29,556 nucleotides of DNA, from positions 1-29,556 of the IMG/VR virus record IMGVR_UViG_3300042297_000397; one strand, 5' to 3'. How positions within the stretch are numbered: position 1 is the stretch's first letter; every line of letters begins with the position of its first letter. The translations under genes and the position numbers were made by a program. Under the pieces are notes generated by a model, which saw only the letters and a list, made by a program, of their open reading frames with translations, did no database searches and was not told where the DNA came from. This DNA is from a virus. Taxonomy: Duplodnaviria > Caudoviricetes. This document shows positions 9,396 to 17,006 of the stretch, piece after piece.

Positions 9396-9667
9396 GGTTT
9401 GAAAGTGAAAGCGAGGCACTGACTTACGACCATATCCTATTGATGGAAATGGCCGAGGGAAAAGGGTTGCCCGTGAATGACGGCAATGTGTTGGGCATTA
9501 AAGATGGCGTAGTAACAGAGGAATATCCTACCACATCTTGGAGCAATGTCCGAGAAGTTGTCGGCATCGGTTGGATTATCAGCCCGCCTGATTGGAGGGA
9601 TTTGAGCGATTACGAAAAAGGCATTATGGTGGAGTGGACGCATGACATAATAAACGTTTTTAGTTAG
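9383..9667 (+). CDS. Hypothetical protein, possible chaperone of second adhesin
   Basis: More plausible start is ATG 9383 (MEYLRFESE), overlapping the upstream gene end. Confidence 0.65.
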   Translation: MEYLRFESESEALTYDHILLMEMAEGKGLPVNDGNVLGIKDGVVTEEYPTTSWSNVREVVGIGWIISPPDWRDLSDYEKGIMVEWTHDIINVFS

Positions 9668-9702
9668 TAATTAGAACGCCTAAACCTTTCAGCAATAAAA
9701 TC

Positions 9703-9933
9703 ATGAAATTTAGCAGCCACTACATTCGATTAATACTTGCATTCGTGGTGTACATTAGCGCGATGGGTTACGTGTTCGCAGCATCATTTCTAACCATACC
9801 AACGGAGAACCAGCGGACAATCGACACGGCTATTGGCTTTGCCTTTGGTATCGTGACATCCGTAGCATCATATTATTTCGGCAGCTCACAGGGTTCAGCC
9901 GACAAAGACAAACGAAACAATGGCACACTTTAA
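9703..9933 (+). CDS. Putative holin
   Basis: Two hydrophobic segments, YYFGSSQGS motif and charged C-terminus. Confidence 0.75.
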   Translation: MKFSSHYIRLILAFVVYISAMGYVFAASFLTIPTENQRTIDTAIGFAFGIVTSVASYYFGSSQGSADKDKRNNGTL

Positions 9934-10231
9934 GGCAATGGAAGCAGAGGGGATAGCGGCAATAGTTTCAGCGGTTGTAGGGCTTGCTGGTGGTAAATTT
10001 TGGGGCAAAAGTCAACAACTTGACGAGGTTAAGCTATTGATTAGTGAATACCAAGAAGCACATAAGCTAACAAAGGAAGATTTGTCCGATATTCGCGCAG
10101 AATTAGAGAGGTCTAAAAGAGCCGAAGAAATTTGTTTCCAACAGCATAGAGAAGCAATGCACAGAATAGACGAATTAGACCGTGGCATTCGCTCATTTAC
10201 AGGAATACCAACTAACCCGAATAAGGAATAA
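9920..10231 (+). CDS. Membrane-anchored coiled-coil protein (lysis-associated?)
   Basis: N-terminal hydrophobic helix then heptad-like charged region; overlaps the holin end. Confidence 0.6.
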   Translation: MAHFKAMEAEGIAAIVSAVVGLAGGKFWGKSQQLDEVKLLISEYQEAHKLTKEDLSDIRAELERSKRAEEICFQQHREAMHRIDELDRGIRSFTGIPTNPNKE

Positions 10232-10344
10232 TGGCAAAGATAACCGTAGGGGGTCAATTTAAGCCCCGTAGCAGACGCAAATTGAGAAGACATAGTAAGA
10301 GTAGGGCGAAGGGGTTTAAAGCGTACAGGGGGCAAGGGCGTTAA
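10231..10344 (+). CDS. Small basic protein ending in YRGQGR (37 aa, not in ORF track)
   Basis: TAATG coupling to upstream gene; MAKITVGGQFKPRSRRKLRRHSKSRAKGFKAYRGQGR. Confidence 0.8.
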   Translation: MAKITVGGQFKPRSRRKLRRHSKSRAKGFKAYRGQGR

Positions 10345-10359
10345 CATTACAACATACAA

Positions 10360-11169
10360 ATGTTCAATATCCAATTTGCGTTACCACCTGAAGGATTTAA
10401 GCGACTTTTTTACGATATTGAAACAAGCCCAAACATCGGTTTCTTTTGGCAAGCTGGCTACAAGCTAAACATACCGCCCGAGAACATAATAAAAGAACGT
10501 GCAATAATATGCATTTGTTGGAAGTGGGAAGGGCAAAAAGTAGTACATAGCGTGGAATGGCAAGATGGTTGCGACATTGCAGCCCTTTCGGCATTTATGG
10601 CTGTGGCATTAGAAGCAGACGAAATAGTAGGGCATAACGGGGATAACTTTGACGAGAAATGGATTCGCACCCGTTGCCTTATTCACGGGATAATGTGCCC
10701 ACCAAAGTTTACCAGTTTGGACACGCTAAAGAAAGCACGTACGCATTTCCGATTCAACTCTAATAAGTTGGACTACTTAGGGCAGCTACTTTTGGGCAAG
10801 GGAAAAGAAAGTGTTTCGTGGGGCGATTGGGTAGCCATCGTGCTGCATAATGACCGTGATGCGTTGGATAGAATGGTTGCATATTGTAAAGTAGATGTGG
10901 AGGTTTTGGAGGGCGTATTTCACAAATTGCAGCCATACGTTACAAGCAACTCACACGCTGGGGCGGCTACGGGGCATGGTCGATATAGTTGTCCAGCTTG
11001 CGGATGTGAAGAAACTATAAATAGGGGCACACGTTACACGGCTGCTGGATTACCACGCCATCGGATTACTTGCACAAATAAACTTTGCGGTAAGCATTTC
11101 ACCGTAAGCACTAAAGTGTTGCAAGACAAGATTGCAGACGACTACATTAAAGCTAAACGAGCCGAATGA
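10360..11169 (+). CDS. RNase H-like DEDD exonuclease (YprB-like) with C-terminal zinc ribbon
   Basis: FYDIET, GHNGDNFD, SNKLDYL and YCKVDV motifs; CPAC...CTNKLC. Confidence 0.88.
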   Translation: MFNIQFALPPEGFKRLFYDIETSPNIGFFWQAGYKLNIPPENIIKERAIICICWKWEGQKVVHSVEWQDGCDIAALSAFMAVALEADEIVGHNGDNFDEKWIRTRCLIHGIMCPPKFTSLDTLKKARTHFRFNSNKLDYLGQLLLGKGKESVSWGDWVAIVLHNDRDALDRMVAYCKVDVEVLEGVFHKLQPYVTSNSHAGAATGHGRYSCPACGCEETINRGTRYTAAGLPRHRITCTNKLCGKHFTVSTKVLQDKIADDYIKAKRAE

Positions 11170-11345
11170 CAAAACAAAAAGCCACACTTTTTGCGAAGGA
11201 TATGTATCAGGCATTCAATACTATGGACAGAAATTCTTGGCGTTCACACGTACGGAATGAAGCCCAAAAGAAAGGTGAAGATGAAGGATGGGTATTGACG
11301 GCAACTATGTGGCTGGAGCAAATGTTTAGTATGTACAGAAAATGA
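11166..11345 (+). CDS. Hypothetical protein (59 aa, not in ORF track)
   Basis: ATGA overlaps at both ends; MTKQKATLFAKDMYQAF... Confidence 0.7.
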   Translation: MTKQKATLFAKDMYQAFNTMDRNSWRSHVRNEAQKKGEDEGWVLTATMWLEQMFSMYRK

Positions 11346-11560
11346 GCCTACGCTTTGAACAGGAAGCATCTTTGTTAATGACCCGTGAGTTTTTGCTCGA
11401 CCTACTGAATACCAGCACACGACCAAAGACCGTTAAGGACTTAAAGGAAAGGGCACGAAGGTGTCTAAGGCATTACCCACCGCTAACCCAAGATGGTGAA
11501 CCCATGTTTTCAAATGACGGCTTTAGCTTGGACAATAAGTTGGACACTATGTCCAAGTAA
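11342..11560 (+). CDS. Hypothetical protein resembling BPSL0761 family
   Basis: TREFLLDL...ARRCLRHYP pattern. Confidence 0.6.
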   Translation: MSLRFEQEASLLMTREFLLDLLNTSTRPKTVKDLKERARRCLRHYPPLTQDGEPMFSNDGFSLDNKLDTMSK

Positions 11561-11805
11561 GCGCGATGCGAAATAAATAGGCGCAAAGTCAGGGTATAGG
11601 CTTACTTTTTAGCGGTAAAAGTCAACTTATAGGCTTACTTTTGAGGTTGCAAATTGAAACCCTTTCAAATGTCCGCTAATTTCGGACGGTTAATCATACC
11701 TTAACGGGTATACAAACAAACAATGTAGCGTATTTCATGCGGTTTATGACGTTATCGGGTATAAAATAGGCGTTCATTATTTCTCAATGTTCATATTTTG
11801 TGAAC
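11528..11805. repeat. Cluster of distinct imperfect palindromes, two of them duplicated
   Basis: For example TTGGACA-CTA-TGTCCAA, and AAAGTCAnnnTATAGGCTTACTTTT twice; details in findings. Confidence 0.75.
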
Positions 11806-11811
11806 GTTTAC

Positions 11812-11819
11812 TATCTTTG
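11812..11819 (+). promoter_or_regulatory. -7 promoter box (TATCTTTG) for putative sRNA
   Basis: Perfect TAnnTTTG with no downstream ATG ORF before a strong terminator. Confidence 0.6.
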
Positions 11820-11823
11820 TGCC

Positions 11824-11922
11824 AACAGTACCCGAACGCTTACCATTCAGAACAGCGTACCAGTTAGGGTCTTTTACTTAGCCCGTCAAGGTTTGTGGTT
11901 ATCCTTGACGGGTTTCTTTTTA
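11824..11922 (+). ncRNA. Putative ~100-nt small RNA
   Basis: Bounded by a promoter box and a 12-bp terminator stem (11880-11891/11903-11914) with U tract; weaker 5' stem at 11830-11870. Confidence 0.55.
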
Positions 11923-11925
11923 TTT
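11880..11925 (+). terminator. Intrinsic terminator, loop TTTGTGGTTAT
   Basis: AGCCCGTCAAGG / CCTTGACGGGTT followed by TCTTTTTATTT. Confidence 0.88.
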
Positions 11926-11982
11926 TTGTATCAATCAAACTTGACACGCCTCTGATTCAAGCGCACTTTGCCGAGTCTTTTC

Positions 11983-12038
11983 GACCCGTTGCTTTAGGTT
12001 CGTGATTCACACGGACGGCAACGGGTTTCTTTTTATTT
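11983..12038 (+). terminator. Second intrinsic terminator with structured loop
   Basis: GACCCGTTGC / GCAACGGGTT followed by TCTTTTT. Confidence 0.82.
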
Positions 12039-12045
12039 ATTTTCA

Positions 12046-12093
12046 CTTTTGTAAGTTTTATGCTATTTAGATAGAAAACGCTTTGTACTTTTG
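12046..12093 (+). promoter_or_regulatory. Putative early promoter 1
   Basis: CTTTTGTAAGTTTTA starting 40 nt upstream of TACTTTTG; same layout as at 19382 and 25434. Confidence 0.65.
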
Positions 12094-12123
12094 TCCTATC
12101 AAATAACCACAAAAACAAACCAC

Positions 12124-12360
12124 ATGGAAACAATACACAAATTAGTAAAGTATTACGAAACAGGCAAGAGAGAATACCTTGCGAAAGGAAGTCTACAACA
12201 TTGCATGAACGAACTTAACATTTGGAAGTTTCTTGCAAAAAAAAATGGAGCTGACATATCAAGTGAAGGAGATTACCATATGCATTGCGATGATTACGCT
12301 GGAAACGGCATAGTTGTATTGTTCCAAATTTATGACACTCAAGAACAACTGTTTGATTAA
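12124..12360 (+). CDS. Hypothetical early protein
   Basis: ATG 12124 after an AC-rich leader, preferred over the TTG at 12091. Confidence 0.7.
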   Translation: METIHKLVKYYETGKREYLAKGSLQHCMNELNIWKFLAKKNGADISSEGDYHMHCDDYAGNGIVVLFQIYDTQEQLFD

Positions 12361-12384
12361 TTAACCACTAAAAACCACAACACA

Positions 12385-12714
12385 ATGGAAACCAAAATGA
12401 AAGATTGCCCTGATTGCGAAGAAGGAAAGTATTATGTTGATACAAGCAGACAATGCACAAAGACCCCTTGGCAAGAATGCTGCGGAGGTTGCGGCTACGA
12501 GGTAACGTGCGAAACTTGCAACGGTTCGGGAGAAATTGAAGATGAAGATGAAAGATTTAGTGTTGGTGACAAGTTCAAGTATTTAGGACTGGATGCAATA
12601 GTGACCAATGTAGAAGTAAGCATTTACAGCGGCATTACCTACACTATTTTCATTGAATGTAGCGGTGTTACGCTTTCGGTTAATTCACTTTCAGAAACTC
12701 TTAAAAACATCTAA
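12385..12714 (+). CDS. DnaJ-like zinc-finger protein
   Basis: CPDCEEG, CCGGCG and CETCNGSG motifs. Confidence 0.7.
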   Translation: METKMKDCPDCEEGKYYVDTSRQCTKTPWQECCGGCGYEVTCETCNGSGEIEDEDERFSVGDKFKYLGLDAIVTNVEVSIYSGITYTIFIECSGVTLSVNSLSETLKNI

Positions 12715-12716
12715 TC

Positions 12717-12980
12717 ATGACCACGCTAAAACAACTTGAATCTGCGCTAAAAGACACGCCAAACCTAAGCGCATTGGCATATTTAAAAGGAGCGATTGCG
12801 GCTACTCGGTTAAACTCCGAAACCTCCGCTCACATCGAATGCGATAAAGTAACGCTGGGCGAACTTGCACGCGCTTTACAAGTGGAAACGCATTGGAATG
12901 GGCGCACTTATAGTCTGACCATTGAAAACGGGGCGCACTTTGTAATACTTCAAACACCTGTAATTGTAACCGCCAAATGA
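12717..12980 (+). CDS. Hypothetical protein
   Basis: Tightly packed ORF in operon. Confidence 0.65.
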   Translation: MTTLKQLESALKDTPNLSALAYLKGAIAATRLNSETSAHIECDKVTLGELARALQVETHWNGRTYSLTIENGAHFVILQTPVIVTAK

Positions 12981-13348
12981 AAATGACAGCAGAACAACTG
13001 GCCGCCATAAAGCAACGGCTATCGCAGCGCAAATTCCTACCCGATGTAAGTGTGGAAGGGCTATGTATTGCGGCCATGCAAGTCCACCAAATTGAGTGGG
13101 AGCAGATAACAAGAAAGTCGAACCTTCCGCACGTTGTGAAATGTCGGGAGCAAATAGCTTACGTTATCTACACCTACATCAACCAGTCTACGTACTTGGA
13201 AATGGGTAGGCTACTGAATAGAACCCATGCTACAATAATCCACAACGTACGACAAGCGAGGGCGTATTTATCAATTGAGCCGAAATACAAGCATCAAATT
13301 GAAACAATAGTAAAACTGGCAAAGGAATGGGAACAAGAGCAGAAATAA
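12977..13348 (+). CDS. DnaA C-terminal-like HTH DNA-binding protein
   Basis: VVKCREQIAY...YLEMGRLLNRTHATIIH matches the DnaA domain IV pattern. Confidence 0.8.
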   Translation: MKMTAEQLAAIKQRLSQRKFLPDVSVEGLCIAAMQVHQIEWEQITRKSNLPHVVKCREQIAYVIYTYINQSTYLEMGRLLNRTHATIIHNVRQARAYLSIEPKYKHQIETIVKLAKEWEQEQK

Positions 13349-13509
13349 TCCGCGCCCTACTACTTCAAGGCAGCTACTCCGTGGCGATGCTGCAAGAACA
13401 CGTAAGCCGAATCCAAAAGCGCAAGAAGTGGAGTGATAGCGTGATTGAAATGGAGTTGAATAAATTGCCAGTTACTAAGGATGGGAATTTATATACGATT
13501 GTAAGATGA
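13327..13509 (+). CDS. Hypothetical protein (small winged-helix-like)
   Basis: Overlaps upstream gene and ends just before a terminator. Confidence 0.55.
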   Translation: MGTRAEIIRALLLQGSYSVAMLQEHVSRIQKRKKWSDSVIEMELNKLPVTKDGNLYTIVR

Positions 13510-13530
13510 CACAGCCTGAACGATTGAAAG

Positions 13531-13562
13531 AAGCCCTTGCATTTAGTTGTGAGGGCTTTTTT
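13531..13562 (+). terminator. Intrinsic terminator
   Basis: AAGCCCTTGCA / TGTGAGGGCTT followed by T tract. Confidence 0.82.
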
Positions 13563-13563
13563 A

Positions 13564-13836
13564 TGTACAAAGTGTACACACGTTTGTACACTCTGTGTAC
13601 ACGTCAAACCCTTATAAACATTGGAAAAACGTAGTGTGTAGTGTACAAACACACTTAAAACAGTTTTAGAAAATTATTATTAAACTACTGGTTAAATTCA
13701 GTTTTGAGTGTACAAAAGTGTGTATTTTAACGTAAAACCGCGCTACCATTGGGTTTGACGTGTGTTTGAAGTGTACAAAAAGTGTACAAAAGTGTGTATT
13801 TTCTTTTTTCGTGTACAATTAAAAAAAAGTTGTACA
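13564..13836. repeat. Putative replication origin with TGTACA iterons
   Basis: About 10 TGTACA copies, a 13-bp inverted repeat (13599-13611/13751-13763), a 22-bp direct repeat (13707, 13781) and an AT-rich centre; upstream of the replication operon. Confidence 0.7.
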
Positions 13837-13937
13837 TTTGCCATCGTTCAATCGGGTAGCCGTCCGATAAACAGAAAAGAACTTATTAACCCATTCGAGG
13901 GAGGAGCGGCTACTCCAAACTCGTATGGGTTTTTTTA
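13833..13937 (+). promoter_or_regulatory. Promoter (TACATTTG) plus structured leader/attenuator
   Basis: Two hairpins with complementary loops; the second is a terminator ending just before ATG 13948. Confidence 0.65.
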
Positions 13938-13947
13938 TTGCAAAAAA

Positions 13948-14241
13948 ATGGAAGAATTAAACGAAAATTTGTCATCATTATTTAATGAAAGCATTTGGTT
14001 AAATGATGTATTGCAAGCGGAAAAGTCCTTTGACGAACTAATGGATTTAGTTGAACAGCAAAAAGAAAAACCACAAGAATATGATTACTATGATGATTTT
14101 GGTAAGAATGCCGAAATAGAAATCAAAGAGGTCAAAGAATTTGCCGATGCTATTTGGGTTAATTTGATTAGCGGAGAATGGAAGTGGAGCAAGACCCCTA
14201 AGGCCATTTGGATTGAAGCATATAACTCTACAAGCAATTAG
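13948..14241 (+). CDS. Hypothetical acidic protein
   Basis: ATG 13948 after an A-tract; the upstream part of the tracked ORF is origin/leader DNA. Confidence 0.7.
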   Translation: MEELNENLSSLFNESIWLNDVLQAEKSFDELMDLVEQQKEKPQEYDYYDDFGKNAEIEIKEVKEFADAIWVNLISGEWKWSKTPKAIWIEAYNSTSN

Positions 14242-14244
14242 GTT

Positions 14245-14739
14245 ATGGAAAAAGAATTGGTTGAGTTCTACAAAGAATTACTTTTGCCCGAATGGGATGT
14301 TTGGCAAGAAGTAAAAGGGGTTAATCCTAGAACGGGTGAACGCAGACGAATTGATTTAATCATAAGGCATAAGGAACGCCACAATTTTACCTTTGGCGTA
14401 GAGTGCAAGCGTTTGGACTTAAACGGATATAATCAATACTCTGACTGGTTAAAGCAAATGATAGTATACACCCAAGTTGAATGGGGAGCAAGAAAGCAAC
14501 GTATACCGATTTTGTCTTGCCCATCTTTAGCTGGTGCTAATGATTCTTGCGCTTATTACGCATTAAAACGCATTGCTGGTAAGTTTGGGTTGGGTGAACT
14601 ATGCAGCGAGAAAAGGTATAACAGCGATGAGCATTTATTGAAGGTTATGATGTCGGACACTATTCTTTGGAGGACTGACAACGGATTTAATGAGGGGCAA
14701 AAAAACAGAGATTTCACAAAACTAATAACATCACTATGA
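14245..14739 (+). CDS. Putative PD-(D/E)XK nuclease
   Basis: QEV...RIDLII...GVECKR...LKQMIVY. Confidence 0.6.
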   Translation: MEKELVEFYKELLLPEWDVWQEVKGVNPRTGERRRIDLIIRHKERHNFTFGVECKRLDLNGYNQYSDWLKQMIVYTQVEWGARKQRIPILSCPSLAGANDSCAYYALKRIAGKFGLGELCSEKRYNSDEHLLKVMMSDTILWRTDNGFNEGQKNRDFTKLITSL

Positions 14740-17006
14740 GCAAGCACATCAAATTAGAACGAGGAAAACAATTATTATCTGCTGGATATTCTTTAATAGT
14801 AGCTGGCGAGGATAAGTTACCATGTCACGCATGGAAGCCTTTAATGACAAAGGCATGGACTGTTGAAGAACTTGAACAAAATATAGATAACCCTAAAGCC
14901 TTTAGGTACGGCTATCCAACTGGATATAACGACATCCTAGTTATTGACATTGATTTGAAGGTGTTGCCAATGGAGTTACGCGCTCCGTTTTTTGATGAGT
15001 TTATAGCTTTTGTAAGGGATAATGTAGATGGATTTGATAAGAAAGTTGCCCTACATAAGACTATGAATTACGGCTACCACTTGACTTTTCGTACACGGTT
15101 AATGATGGGTAATGAAAAAATTGCAGTACCAGTTTTAAGTGGGATAAAAACAAACGGTAAAACGCAAGCCTTAATTGAGAGCCGAGGAACTGGTGGTTAT
15201 GCCATGCTTTACGATGAGTGTGCAAATGCTTTAGATTATATTGCAATACAATATCTAAGCGATGAAGAACATAATACTATCCTTGCAATTTGTAGGATGT
15301 ACGATGAACGGGTTGAAGAACAGGAAGTAGAACAACCAAAGCAAGATAAAGCAAAAACCAACGGAGTAAGTCCGTGGCAAGATTACAACCAACGTCACAC
15401 GGTTTTTGATGTAGTTGGTGATGAGTTCAAAGTAATACGCCATCTATCAAATAAGACCGTTATTAAGCGACATGGTGCAACATCAGCACATTCGGGCTAC
15501 GTGTTTAAGGATAGTGGTTGTATGTACTTATTCAGCACAGGAACGTCATATCCAAACGAAAAGCTACTAAGTCCGTTTGCATTATTTGCTCACAAATATC
15601 ACAGAGGGGATATGAGTGGTGCTGCTAAAGAGTTGTATGCAAGTGGTTACGGTGATAGGGTTAAAATTGAGCCGCCTACTATTTTAACAAATGAGCCAAA
15701 AGCAATAGTAGAACGTAGTGAGTTTCCTTTAGACGTTTACCCATTGTCAATACGTAATTACATAACGGAGTGTAATCGCACATTAGGACATAGTGTAGAT
15801 TACATGGGTAGTGGTTTACTTTGGATGCTTTCGGTTATTGTTGGAAACAGCCAAAAGGTAAAAGTTAAAAACGGATGGACTGAATGCGTGGTAATTTGGT
15901 TAGCCGTAGTTGGTAGGGCTGGAGTTGGGAAAACACCAGCATTAAACAGCATTATTAGCCCTTTAGTTGATGTTAATAGTAGAGAAATACGTGAGTATAG
16001 GAAGTTAAAAGAGAAATACGAAGCGTATGAAAAACTAAATAAAGACGAGAAAGCAAACGCTGTTGAGGTTAGAAAACCTAATCGTGGTCAATTTATAGTT
16101 AACGATGTGACTATTGAAGCACTTGTGGAATTGCATGAAGAAAATCCAAACGCGGTAGGTGTATTTAAGGACGAACTTGCTGGCTGGATTAAGGACATGA
16201 ACAAATATCGGGCTGGTGGTGATTTGGAGTTTTGGCTTTCATCATTTAGCAATAGCCCAGCTTATACTACTCGTAAAACGGTAAAGGATAATTATATCCA
16301 TAGTCCTATCATTCCTGTACTTGGTGGCATTCAACCAGCGGTATTGAACCAAGTGTTTACGGATGAATACCGAGATAACGGATTTAGCGATAGGTTGCTA
16401 TTGTGCTATCCCGACACGCAAGTAGAACAATGGAACGAAAACGAATTGAACGATGAATTGCTGCAATGGTACAGCGATTACATACTAAGTCTTTACGGTC
16501 ACATTCGCAACGAAATACGAATGAATGAGGACGGTGACATAATTAGCAATTTCGTTCGTTTTAGCAAAGAAGCAAAGGTTGAGTTAGCCCGAATAATGAA
16601 TAAGATTACAGACCGACAAAACAGCGAAGATGAAACCGAAGCAACTAAAACTATACTTCCAAAGCAAAAGACATATTTGCCGCGTTTTGCAATCCTATTG
16701 CACATTTTAGATTGCTATGATAATGGTGTAGATTTTAACAGCGAAATTGAGCAACAAACCATTTTGAATGCCGAAAGATTAGTAGACTACTTTATTTGTA
16801 TGGCAGAAAAAATAATGCAAGACGGCCAAGATTATAGCAATCTAAAAGCAAGCGCAAACGATAAGGTAGTTAAAACAAGTGCTGATAAGTTTGCCATGAT
16901 GTACGCGGCAAATCCAAAGCTAAACCGAGTTGAAGCGGCTGGATTATTAAAAGTAAGCCGTTCACAGATTTACAACTGGATTAAGCAAATAGACAATGAA
17001 TCTTAG
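14736..17006 (+). CDS. Prim-Pol primase fused to DUF3987-like P-loop domain and C-terminal HTH
   Basis: VIDID, GYHL, IESRGTGGY; Walker A GRAGVGKT, DVTIEAL, DELAGW, GGIQP; terminal AAGLLKVSRSQIYNW. Confidence 0.88.
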   Translation: MSKHIKLERGKQLLSAGYSLIVAGEDKLPCHAWKPLMTKAWTVEELEQNIDNPKAFRYGYPTGYNDILVIDIDLKVLPMELRAPFFDEFIAFVRDNVDGFDKKVALHKTMNYGYHLTFRTRLMMGNEKIAVPVLSGIKTNGKTQALIESRGTGGYAMLYDECANALDYIAIQYLSDEEHNTILAICRMYDERVEEQEVEQPKQDKAKTNGVSPWQDYNQRHTVFDVVGDEFKVIRHLSNKTVIKRHGATSAHSGYVFKDSGCMYLFSTGTSYPNEKLLSPFALFAHKYHRGDMSGAAKELYASGYGDRVKIEPPTILTNEPKAIVERSEFPLDVYPLSIRNYITECNRTLGHSVDYMGSGLLWMLSVIVGNSQKVKVKNGWTECVVIWLAVVGRAGVGKTPALNSIISPLVDVNSREIREYRKLKEKYEAYEKLNKDEKANAVEVRKPNRGQFIVNDVTIEALVELHEENPNAVGVFKDELAGWIKDMNKYRAGGDLEFWLSSFSNSPAYTTRKTVKDNYIHSPIIPVLGGIQPAVLNQVFTDEYRDNGFSDRLLLCYPDTQVEQWNENELNDELLQWYSDYILSLYGHIRNEIRMNEDGDIISNFVRFSKEAKVELARIMNKITDRQNSEDETEATKTILPKQKTYLPRFAILLHILDCYDNGVDFNSEIEQQTILNAERLVDYFICMAEKIMQDGQDYSNLKASANDKVVKTSADKFAMMYAANPKLNRVEAAGLLKVSRSQIYNWIKQIDNES

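Noticed and set aside
11528-11805. CRISPR or mini-array
   Set aside because: No constant repeat with regular unique spacers; the units differ from each other.
11824-12038. tRNA genes in the structured intergenic region
   Set aside because: No cloverleaf with D and T arms could be built.
13762-13947. N-terminal extension of ORF 13762-14241
   Set aside because: It runs through iterons, a promoter box and a terminator; ATG 13948 is the better start.
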